DNA of 64,000 nucleotides from Candidatus Omnitrophota bacterium (GTDB lineage Bacteria; Omnitrophota; Gorgyraeia; Gygaellales; Profunditerraquicolaceae): NCBI GenBank assembly GCA_028717245.1, contig JAQUOD010000003.1, positions 21,636 to 85,635 of the forward strand, read 5' to 3'. Shown piece by piece: positions 7,954 to 16,186 of this stretch (position 1 is its first letter; each line of letters starts with the position of its first letter). The notes under the pieces were generated by a model. It saw only the letters and a program-made list of their open reading frames with translations, ran no database searches and was not told where the DNA came from. The position numbers and the translations under genes were made by a program.

Positions 7954-8907
7954 ATGAAGGATTTATTTGGAAATCAGAAAGATAAAAATCAGCTTATTAA
8001 TCTTAATCTATTTTGCGATGAAGCTGAATCTCAAGGTTGGCTGTATCTAGGGATTCTGATAATTCCAGTGGCAAGGGAAAATGAATTCATTCAAGATTTG
8101 CTAAACTGTCGTTGTGGTAATCCTGCTAAGAATACAATTTGGGGTGAATGCGTAGACATTTGTAGACATCATGCTAAGAATAATACGCATATTCATTTTA
8201 AAGATATTCACAAGGCAAAGGACAAGTTTTTTATCGCCAAAAAATGGATAGAATATTTACTGTCAGATCGAGAAATAATTCATTTTTACATATTAGGCTT
8301 AGATATCAATAAAATAGACCTATCTCAATTCGGAGAACGGAAACAACGCAGTAATATTTACAATAGATTCTTTAGAACAGCGATTTTAAAATCAGTTAAG
8401 TCGTACTTCCATAAATGGGATACCATTGTAATAGATAATATTTATCACGATAATAATCGATCGTTAGAAACACATAAACATTTTCCTTGGCATCCGATAT
8501 TCTTTATATCAAGCAACGATGAAAAAATTACAATAAAAGCAAAGAATGTTACTTTTATTGATTCCGATCATAGATTATCGGGGAGTCAATATTCTCACCT
8601 TATTCAATTTATGGATTTGGTATTAGGATGTGTGCATAATTGTTTGCATCACACTTCAAAAGATAATGATAAGGAGATAATTGCTTTACAATCTTTAAAG
8701 CTAATACAGCGGATTATTGATAAGCCAAATAATCGCAACAGCCAATATAACTATGTGGGTAGACAAAAAATAGAATTTTTTCCAAAGTATGATTTGAGGA
8801 ATCTAAATGAAAGTGAACTGGAGTGTGAAAACAAAAGGATGGGAGCATTTTATACAGGAAGACATATTAAGATAAAGGATAGAAACCAGATTACGCTTTT
8901 TAATTAA
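7954..8907 (+). CDS. Hypothetical protein, DUF3800-like (LFCDEAES..WLYLGILII resembles the N-terminal yiDESG...fvlggvvi signature)
   Basis: 317 aa, AT-rich, last gene of the operon; the family call comes from motif resemblance only. Confidence 0.3.
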   Translation: MKDLFGNQKDKNQLINLNLFCDEAESQGWLYLGILIIPVARENEFIQDLLNCRCGNPAKNTIWGECVDICRHHAKNNTHIHFKDIHKAKDKFFIAKKWIEYLLSDREIIHFYILGLDINKIDLSQFGERKQRSNIYNRFFRTAILKSVKSYFHKWDTIVIDNIYHDNNRSLETHKHFPWHPIFFISSNDEKITIKAKNVTFIDSDHRLSGSQYSHLIQFMDLVLGCVHNCLHHTSKDNDKEIIALQSLKLIQRIIDKPNNRNSQYNYVGRQKIEFFPKYDLRNLNESELECENKRMGAFYTGRHIKIKDRNQITLFN

Positions 8908-8935
8908 TTGCTTATAATTTGTGGTAAAATAAAGC

Positions 8936-9352
8936 TTTCCATTCCTTGAAATATCGGTTTTCTTTTGGCAAAATTTTGCCCGCACCAAAATTTTGCTTGC
9001 GTTTCTCAAGCATTGTTTGGGAGAGGCTTTGCATCCCGCCTCGTAGCTGTATTTTAGAGTGTTGAAGGCGGGAGGCGGACAACCGTTCTTATAAACAAAG
9101 TTGATTTGGACGCAAGCGGCTTTTGGCTGGGTGGCGGCAGCCAAAAGCCGCAGCAAAGCCGACCACGCATTGCATTAGCAAGAAGCCCCGCCCCAGCGGG
9201 GCGCCCAGCGAGGCTTCTGCCCACAGAAGCCGAGCGGTGAAAAGGGAAATACGGGAGCGCGCTCCGCGCGCGGAGCATTGACATAGATTAAAATTATTTT
9301 AACTGCGAGTGTTGGAGGCAGGTTCTAACTTTCTCCAATACGCACCACCAAA
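8936..9352. repeat. Right copy of the ~418-bp GC-rich inverted repeat (reverse complement of 2225-2643, diverged with compensatory hairpin changes)
   Basis: Manual alignment; hairpins 9128-9159 and 9212-9231 correspond to 2430-2461 and 2346-2365. Confidence 0.8.
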
Positions 9353-9359
9353 AATTTCA

Positions 9360-9387
9360 GGGCGGCTCTTAGCCGCCCTTTGTTTTT
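9360..9387 (+). terminator. Rho-independent terminator GGGCGGCT-CTT-AGCCGCCC + TTTGTTTTT, likely the displaced original tRNA-Ala terminator
   Basis: Perfect 8-bp GC-rich stem plus T tract immediately after the CACCACCAA core at the right end of the element. Confidence 0.7.
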
Positions 9388-9400
9388 CCTAGTATGCCCC

Positions 9401-9429
9401 TTGACGCTAAATTCTAAATAGAGTATAAT
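9401..9429 (+). promoter_or_regulatory. Sigma70-like promoter for nfo (TTGACG - 17 nt - TATAAT)
   Basis: Consensus hexamers with 17-nt spacing, 11 nt upstream of the nfo ATG. Confidence 0.5.
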
Positions 9430-9439
9430 TTAAGGCATC

Positions 9440-10282
9440 ATGCTGCTAGGAATGCAGGTTTCTACTGAGGGGAAGGTTTACGAGGCACTGGAACGGGCGC
9501 ATAAATTAGGCTGCAACACCATGCAGATATTCGCGCGCAATCCCCAGCAGTGGCGCCAGGATTTTTTAGAACCCAAAGATATTGAGGAATTCCGGCAGAG
9601 GCAGGAAAGATTTAAGATTTCTCCGCTTTTTCTCCATATCTCTTATTTGATTAATCTGGCCTCGCCCAATCCCAGGCTCTATAATGCCTCTATCGAAGCC
9701 TACATCGAGGATATCCTGGAGGCGCAGGTCTTAGGTGCTGATTATATTGTCACGCATATGGGTAGCCACAAGGAGACTACAGAAGAAGAAGGTTTGGCGA
9801 GATTCATCGAAGCCTTAGACAGGATATTACAGAAATCCCAAAGTACTAAGGTTGGCGTATTGCTGGAGAATACCGCAGGTTCTGGATCGTGGCTCGGTTA
9901 TAAGTTCAGCCACCATAAAGAAATTATCCAGTGTTTAAAACATAAAGAGCGCGTCGGCCTTTGCTTGGATACCGCGCACGCGTATCTGGCCGGTTATGAT
10001 ATTGCTACTAAAGAGGGCTTGGAAGGCGTCCTCGATGAAATAGATGAAATGGTTGGCCTGAATCGGCTCAAGGTTATACATCTTAACGACGCCAAAGACA
10101 AGCTGGGCTCTAAACATGACCGGCACGAACACATCGGAAAAGGAAAGATAGGCTTAGAAGGCATGAAACGGATTATTAATCACCCTAGATTAAGGGATCT
10201 ACCTTTTATCTTAGAGACCCCTAAGAAGAGCGATGAAGACGACAGCATGAATTTAAATACTGTCAGAAAACTCAGGCAATAA
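9440..10282 (+). CDS. nfo: Endonuclease IV (AP endonuclease family 2)
   Basis: 280 aa; Nfo hallmarks are present, including HMGSHKE, LENTAG, HLNDAKD..GSKHDRHEHIGKGKIG. Confidence 0.85.
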   Translation: MLLGMQVSTEGKVYEALERAHKLGCNTMQIFARNPQQWRQDFLEPKDIEEFRQRQERFKISPLFLHISYLINLASPNPRLYNASIEAYIEDILEAQVLGADYIVTHMGSHKETTEEEGLARFIEALDRILQKSQSTKVGVLLENTAGSGSWLGYKFSHHKEIIQCLKHKERVGLCLDTAHAYLAGYDIATKEGLEGVLDEIDEMVGLNRLKVIHLNDAKDKLGSKHDRHEHIGKGKIGLEGMKRIINHPRLRDLPFILETPKKSDEDDSMNLNTVRKLRQ

Positions 10283-10288
10283 AATACG

Positions 10289-12706
10289 ATGTATCCTTTT
10301 AAAGAAACCGAAGAAAAGTGGCAGAAGTACTGGCTGGAACATAAGATTTTTAGCGCTGAAGCAAAATCCGGCCGCAAAAAATATTATGTCCTGGAGATGT
10401 TCCCTTATCCGTCGGGAAAAATCCATATGGGCCATGTGCGTAATTACACTATCGGCGATGCCTACAGCCGCTATAAATGGATACAGGGCTATAACGTCCT
10501 GCACCCGATGGGTTTTGATGCCTTTGGCCAGCCTGCAGAGAATGCTGCCATAAAAAATAAGACCAAACCCGATACCTGGACGCATAAATGTATTGACTGG
10601 ATGAAGGCGGAATTAGAAAAAATGGGCTTCTCCTATGATTGGCAAAGACAAGTCTCAACCTGCGAAAGCGATTATTATAAATGGAACCAGTGGATATTCT
10701 TAAAGATGTTTGAGCGGGCCTTAGCCTACAAGAAAGAATCTTCTGTCAACTGGTGCCCGGCCTGCGAGACCACCCTGGCTAATGAAGAGGTTATTAACGA
10801 TGAATGTTGGAGGTGCCATACTAAGGTAGAGCAGAAGGATTTAGAGCAATGGTTTTTAAAGATTACCGAATACAGAGAGCGCCTCTTGGATGACCTTAAG
10901 GCATTGAAAGACTGGCCTGAGAGAGTCGTTGCCATGCAGACCAACTGGATAGGCAAGAGCGAAGGTGTTGAGATATATTTTCGCCTGAAAGATAACGAAA
11001 AAACCATCCCTGTTTTCACTACCAGGGTAGATACTATTTTTGGCGCAACCTACATTGTTTTGGCTCCGGAGCATCCTTTAGTAAAAGGGGTTATTCAGGG
11101 TAAGCCTCAGGAAAAAGAGGTTTTGAAATTTATAAAAAAGGTAAGCAAGGAGAGTAGAGTTGTGCGCGCTGCCTCTGACGTAAAGAAGGAGGGCATCTTT
11201 ACCGGCGCTTATGCCTTAAATCCCGTAAATAACGAAACTATCCCTGTATGGATTGCGGATTATGTTTTAATGGAATACGGCACAGGCGCGATTATGGCTG
11301 TGCCTTGCCATGACCAGCGTGACTTTCTTTTTGCCAAAGAACACAAGCTACCAATGAGAATAGTTATTCGGACCAACGACCAAAGACCAACGACCAACGA
11401 CCAAATAACTGAAGCATACGAGGGCGACGGGGTACAGGTTAATTCCGGGCAGTTTGACGGACTCCCTAATCAGGAAGCTAAGAAAAAGATTTCCGAGTGG
11501 ATGGACGCTGCCGGAATCGGAAAAATCCAGACCCACTGGCGGCTGCGCGACTGGCTCATCTCGCGCCAACGCTACTGGGGGACACCCATTCCGATTATCT
11601 ACTGTAAAAAATGCGGGGTTGTCCCTGTGCCTTACGAAGATTTGCCTGTGGAGCTACCTAAAGACGCGCCTTTTACCGGAAAAGGCGGAAGCCCTTTGGG
11701 CAAAGTAAAAGAGTTCGTTAATGTTTCCTGTCCAAAGTGCAAATCTCCTGCCCGCCGCGAAACCGATACCATGGCTACCTTCTTTGATTCCTCCTGGTAT
11801 TTCTTAAGATTCTGTTCGTCTGCCTTTAGAGAAGCGCCCTTTGATAAAGAACAGGCCAAATACTGGATGCCGGTTGACCAGTATATCGGCGGCATAGAGC
11901 ATGCCATTCTGCATTTATTATATTCGCGTTTCTTTACTAAGTTTTTCCAGGACCTCAGGATGATAGATTTTTCCGAGCCGTTTAAGAAATTACTCACCCA
12001 GGGCATGGTTTTAAAGGACGGGGAAGTAATGTCTAAGTCGCGTGGCAATATCGTTGACCCGGATTCCATTATTAAGAAATGCGGGGCGGATACCTTGAGA
12101 TTATATATTTTATTTGCTGCGCCGCCGGAAGTAGAGATGGAGTGGTCAGAGCGCGGCATTGAAGGCGCATTTAGGTTCTTAAACCGCCTCTGGCGTTTGC
12201 TTGAACATCAGGAGAAGAAAAATTCATCTTCGGCTATAAGCCTACGGCTAGAAAAGAAGATGCACTCTACGATTAAGGAAGTGACCCGGGATCTGGAAGG
12301 CTTTAAATTTAATACGGCCATCTCCCGGATTATGGAGTTGGTGAACGAAATTTACCAGAACCTTGACGCAGATATAACCGAAGCAGTAAAGACCGCGGTA
12401 TTGTTGATTTCCCCGTTTACGCCCCACTTGGCTGAGGAGATGTGGCAGAAATTAGGCCATAAAGAAAGCATACTTGCCGCGGGGTGGCCGAAATACGAGG
12501 AAAAATTCCTCCGGGAAGATTCCGTTACCATTATTGTTCAGGTAAATGGTAAGCTGCGCTTAAAAGTCGAGGCCCCGGCAGATATCAGCGAGGATAAATT
12601 AAAGGAACTCGTGCTTAGCGATGAAAAACTCAAACCCTGGATTAAAGGCCAGCCGATCAAAAACTGCATTATCGTCCCCAAGAAGCTCGTCAATATCGTA
12701 ATATAA
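10289..12706 (+). CDS. leuS: Leucyl-tRNA synthetase
   Basis: 805 aa; PYPSGKIHMGHVRNYTIGD (HIGH region), KMSKS (VMSKSRGN), and editing domain. Contains an in-frame heptamer tandem repeat at 11372-11406. Confidence 0.95.
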   Translation: MYPFKETEEKWQKYWLEHKIFSAEAKSGRKKYYVLEMFPYPSGKIHMGHVRNYTIGDAYSRYKWIQGYNVLHPMGFDAFGQPAENAAIKNKTKPDTWTHKCIDWMKAELEKMGFSYDWQRQVSTCESDYYKWNQWIFLKMFERALAYKKESSVNWCPACETTLANEEVINDECWRCHTKVEQKDLEQWFLKITEYRERLLDDLKALKDWPERVVAMQTNWIGKSEGVEIYFRLKDNEKTIPVFTTRVDTIFGATYIVLAPEHPLVKGVIQGKPQEKEVLKFIKKVSKESRVVRAASDVKKEGIFTGAYALNPVNNETIPVWIADYVLMEYGTGAIMAVPCHDQRDFLFAKEHKLPMRIVIRTNDQRPTTNDQITEAYEGDGVQVNSGQFDGLPNQEAKKKISEWMDAAGIGKIQTHWRLRDWLISRQRYWGTPIPIIYCKKCGVVPVPYEDLPVELPKDAPFTGKGGSPLGKVKEFVNVSCPKCKSPARRETDTMATFFDSSWYFLRFCSSAFREAPFDKEQAKYWMPVDQYIGGIEHAILHLLYSRFFTKFFQDLRMIDFSEPFKKLLTQGMVLKDGEVMSKSRGNIVDPDSIIKKCGADTLRLYILFAAPPEVEMEWSERGIEGAFRFLNRLWRLLEHQEKKNSSSAISLRLEKKMHSTIKEVTRDLEGFKFNTAISRIMELVNEIYQNLDADITEAVKTAVLLISPFTPHLAEEMWQKLGHKESILAAGWPKYEEKFLREDSVTIIVQVNGKLRLKVEAPADISEDKLKELVLSDEKLKPWIKGQPIKNCIIVPKKLVNIVI

Positions 12707-12726
12707 TTCCCTCAATTACTTTTATA

Positions 12727-12797
12727 TTTAGCGGGTCCTGTCTGGGGTATTTTCTCGCCGCACGCCGCGTCTCGAAAACACCCCAGCCACCCGCTAA
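12727..12797. repeat. GC-rich palindromic intergenic repeat element (TTTAGCGGGTCCTG...CCACCCGCTAAA)
   Basis: Terminal inverted repeats shared with the elements at 18860-18930, 30418-30490 and 60214-60303. Confidence 0.6.
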
Positions 12798-12865
12798 ATA
12801 ATAAAAACTATTTTTGTTAGATTTCCCTTTTTCCTGCGTCTATTATAGTGAGGAAGGAGGATTTT

Positions 12866-13195
12866 ATGTTTAATCTCACAACACAGGAGCGCAGGGTGAT
12901 TTTGTTTTTACTTGCTGTGGCCCTGTTGGGCTTAGGCATAAATTTCACGCTCAAGGTTAATTCCCGCATAGCCAGCGTCGTCCGGATAGATGAGCGCATT
13001 ACCAGAGTAAACTTGAATCAAGCCAACCCGCAAGACCTTTTAAACCTGCCCGGTATCACGCCAAAGTTAGCGGACAAAATAATGGCTTACCGCAATACCC
13101 AAGGCCGATTTAAAGATATTGAGGAACTAAAAGAGATAAAGGGTATCGGCGATTACCGGTATGAAAAATTAAAAGAGCTCTTTTATGCGGAGTAG
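12866..13195 (+). CDS. comEA: ComEA-like helix-hairpin-helix DNA-binding competence protein
   Basis: Signal/TM segment then NLNQANPQDLLNLPGITPKLADKIMAYR...GRFKDIEEL..IKGIG (HhH motifs); RBS AGGAAGGAGG upstream. Confidence 0.75.
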   Translation: MFNLTTQERRVILFLLAVALLGLGINFTLKVNSRIASVVRIDERITRVNLNQANPQDLLNLPGITPKLADKIMAYRNTQGRFKDIEELKEIKGIGDYRYEKLKELFYAE

Positions 13196-14621
13196 TATAA
13201 CTAAACGGCCCCTGGTAATATGCACAGTTATTTTCTGTTCAGGGATAATCATTGCCGATTGCTTAAGGTCGCCTTTTTTATGGGTTTACATTTTTGCCTT
13301 GGTTTTTCTGCTGCTTAGTTTTATTTTTCTTAAAAAGAGCGCCCGCTTTGATTTATTTTTATCCTGCCTGATATTCTTCTTTGCCGCGGCCTTATTAAGA
13401 AATGCACGGGTTCTTCCTAAATCCCATATTGGGAAATTCTTATCCTACCAGAGTAATCATACCTATATAGTAAAAGGGGTTGTGGATAACCAGCCTTTCT
13501 TAAAAAATAATCAGACCTCCTTTATCTTTAAGGCCGAAGAGATACAATCCGCTGATTCAAGGTATAAAACCTGCGGTAATATCCTGGTGCGTATAAAAGG
13601 CAGGGAAAATTTAAACTACGGGGAAGAATTGCTTCTTCATGGTAATCTCCGTCGGCCATTTAGTTTCGGTAATATTAAGCGGCAGAGTTACCGTAATTAT
13701 TTATATAATCAGGGTATATTTTCTATAATGGCCGTGCGTTCCCCGGGCCTTGCGGTGAAATTAAATCAGAATAAAGCCCTGGCGCTAAAACGCCTGGTCT
13801 TTTGGTTAAAAAACAGGATGGAGGAGGTAATTTTTCAACGCCTTTCTCAGGTAGCCGCCGGCATATTAGATGCCATGGTCCTGGGCGAAAAGAAAAACAT
13901 ATCGCCGCTTATTTATAGCTCTATGATTAAATCCGGGACAGTGCATATACTGGTGGTGAGCGGTTTTAACACGGGTATAGTTAGTTTTCTTATTATTTTA
14001 TTTTTAAGGTTAATCCGCATACCCAGGGAAATACGTTTTTACCTCGCTACCCCTCTACTGATTATTTATTGCCTGATGACCGGCGCATCGAACCCGGTAA
14101 TAAGAGCGACGGTGATGGCCATAGTCTTTATGTTTGCTTATTTAGTCAGGAGGGAAGCAGATATCTATAATTCCTGCGCCCTGGCCGCGCTATTTATATT
14201 AAGTATCAAACCCGGGCAGTTATTTGATGTAGGTTTTCAACTTTCCTTTGTCAGCGTTCTTTCCCTAGCTTATTTTTATCCCCGGGTAAAATCGTTTCTG
14301 CGCGTGGATACCCTGAAAAGAAGATATATAAGGTTTTTCATAGAGGGCTGTATAGTTTCCTTTTCCGCCTGGCTGGGGACACTGGCGTTTATTGCATACT
14401 ATTTTAAGATTATCTCTCCTGTAACCGTATTAGCGAATATATTTATTGTACCCCTAGCCTCCCTGGTTACTTTATGCGGTTTTAGCCTGATAGCCGCGCA
14501 GCTTTTTTGCCCTTTTTTGGCTCCTTATTTTGCCGCAAGCACCGAATTTGTAGTCAAGCTCCTCCTGGGCACCAATAGTCTCTTAATCAGGCTGCCCGGA
14601 GCCTATTTCTACCTACTTTAA
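13185..14621 (+). CDS. ComEC/Rec2-family competence membrane protein (DUF4131 + ComEC channel domain, no beta-lactamase domain)
   Basis: 478-aa polytopic membrane protein following comEA, with the typical ComEC hydrophobic profile. Confidence 0.6.
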   Translation: MRSSITKRPLVICTVIFCSGIIIADCLRSPFLWVYIFALVFLLLSFIFLKKSARFDLFLSCLIFFFAAALLRNARVLPKSHIGKFLSYQSNHTYIVKGVVDNQPFLKNNQTSFIFKAEEIQSADSRYKTCGNILVRIKGRENLNYGEELLLHGNLRRPFSFGNIKRQSYRNYLYNQGIFSIMAVRSPGLAVKLNQNKALALKRLVFWLKNRMEEVIFQRLSQVAAGILDAMVLGEKKNISPLIYSSMIKSGTVHILVVSGFNTGIVSFLIILFLRLIRIPREIRFYLATPLLIIYCLMTGASNPVIRATVMAIVFMFAYLVRREADIYNSCALAALFILSIKPGQLFDVGFQLSFVSVLSLAYFYPRVKSFLRVDTLKRRYIRFFIEGCIVSFSAWLGTLAFIAYYFKIISPVTVLANIFIVPLASLVTLCGFSLIAAQLFCPFLAPYFAASTEFVVKLLLGTNSLLIRLPGAYFYLL

Positions 14622-14672
14622 ACCCCTTAATTCAATTGACAAAAATAAGGGCGTATGTTAAATTAAAGCACT

Positions 14673-15617
14673 ATGAGGCGGATAATCTTAATCTTTGTAA
14701 TTTTATGCGGTTTGTCGGTTGAACCGGCTTACCCTTATTGGATCTGGACCCCCAAAACCGGAAAATGGATTAATCCCAAGAACCAGCCTAAATCCACGCC
14801 TAAAGAGCAATTTGATTACGCCAAGAGTTTTTATGATATAAAAAAATACGAAGAGGCAAAGCGTGAATTCCAGCGGGTGCTCAAGTTTTATCCGAAATCA
14901 GCCGAGGCTGCGGAGAGCCAGTATTATCTGGGGTTGGTAGATGAGGAATTGGGTGATTTATACGCCGCCTACCAGGCATACCAGAAGGTGATTGACAAGT
15001 ACCCCTTTTCCGAAAGGATACCCCAGATTATCGAACGCGAATACAAGATCGGTGAACAATTTATGTCAGGGTATAAACGTAAGGCCCTGGGCGTGCCATT
15101 ACCGGTAGAAAACCCGGCTATAGAGATATTCAGTAAGGTGGTGGATAATTCTACTTACGGCCCCCTGGCGCCCGCGGCACAGTATAAGCTGGGTTTAGTT
15201 TTGAAGAGCCTGTTACGTTATTATGAGGCAGAGGATGCCTTTAATAAAGTAGTCTCGAGTTATCCGGATAGCGAGTGGGCGGGGGCAGCTAAATTCCAGA
15301 TTGCCTCCTGCCGTGCTGCCGTATCCCGCAGCCCCGATTATGACCAGTGGGCTACCAACGAGGCAAAGCAGAAGTTCGAGGAGTTCGTCCGGGAACATCC
15401 GGATGCGGTCCTTTCACGCGAGGCCGAGAAGAATATCGATGCCTTGAAAGAAAAAGAGGCGCAGAGTGATTATAATATCGCCAGGTTCTATGAGAAACAA
15501 AAGGCATTTGAGTCAGCCAAAATTTATTATAGGGAGATAACCGATAATTATCCCGGTAGCCAATGGGCAGCCAGGGCTTTAGAGAGGCTGGAGATATTGG
15601 AGAAGAGGGGAAAATGA
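14673..15617 (+). CDS. TPR-repeat lipoprotein, BamD/YfiO-like outer membrane assembly factor
   Basis: Signal peptide, then repeated YxxAxxxYxxxxY TPR-like units; positioned next to an LptE-like gene. Confidence 0.55.
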   Translation: MRRIILIFVILCGLSVEPAYPYWIWTPKTGKWINPKNQPKSTPKEQFDYAKSFYDIKKYEEAKREFQRVLKFYPKSAEAAESQYYLGLVDEELGDLYAAYQAYQKVIDKYPFSERIPQIIEREYKIGEQFMSGYKRKALGVPLPVENPAIEIFSKVVDNSTYGPLAPAAQYKLGLVLKSLLRYYEAEDAFNKVVSSYPDSEWAGAAKFQIASCRAAVSRSPDYDQWATNEAKQKFEEFVREHPDAVLSREAEKNIDALKEKEAQSDYNIARFYEKQKAFESAKIYYREITDNYPGSQWAARALERLEILEKRGK

Positions 15618-16186
15618 TAAATATTAAAAAGTTATTGGATTATTGGGTTATTGGATTATTGGGTTGTTGGATTATTGGGTTGGCCGGTTGTGGTTATACT
15701 ACTAAATCAATGATATCTACCCAATTCAAGACCATATACGTGGTTCCCTTCGTCAATAAGATAGATATCACCCAGGAGAGCAGCGTCGGGAATAAATACA
15801 GGATCAATAAGCCGATGCTGGAGTCGGATATTACCAGGAGGGTCTCGAATAAGTTTCTTTTTGACGGTAACCTGCGGCCTGCCAAGGAGGAATCCGCGGA
15901 TTTGGTTTTAAAGGGAGAATTGGTAGATTTCCGCCGCGACCCCTTACGCTATAATGATAGTGACGACGTAGAGGAATACCGGATCAACCTGGTAGTCAAT
16001 ATCAGCCTCTGGGATAAAAAGGAAAATAAATTAGTCTGGGAGGAAAATAATTTCACGGGTGATTATACCTACTTTACCAGCTTTGCCCCGTCAATCGCGG
16101 TAAAGAAATCCGATGATACCGCCGTCAACGAGGCCATGGATGATTTAGCGCGCCGGATTGTCGAGCGGACTGTCGAGCAATGGTAA
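15614..16186 (+). CDS. LptE-like LPS-assembly lipoprotein
   Basis: Lipoprotein signal peptide (LAGCGY); LptE-like size and composition. ATGA overlap with the upstream gene; signal peptide encoded by a 16-bp x3 tandem repeat. Confidence 0.45.
   Translation: MINIKKLLDYWVIGLLGCWIIGLAGCGYTTKSMISTQFKTIYVVPFVNKIDITQESSVGNKYRINKPMLESDITRRVSNKFLFDGNLRPAKEESADLVLKGELVDFRRDPLRYNDSDDVEEYRINLVVNISLWDKKENKLVWEENNFTGDYTYFTSFAPSIAVKKSDDTAVNEAMDDLARRIVERTVEQW

Larger units (their letters stand above)
583..9352. mobile_element. ~8.8 kb horizontally acquired element inserted at the tRNA-Ala 3' end; core GC(T/A)CCACCAA is present at both junctions and once inverted internally
   Basis: tRNA 3' end ...GCTCCACCAAG at 579-590; GCACCACCAA at 9343-9352 directly abuts a rho-independent terminator typical of a tRNA 3' flank. 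Recombinase gene is inside; cargo is strongly AT-rich relative to the flanks. Confidence 0.6.
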
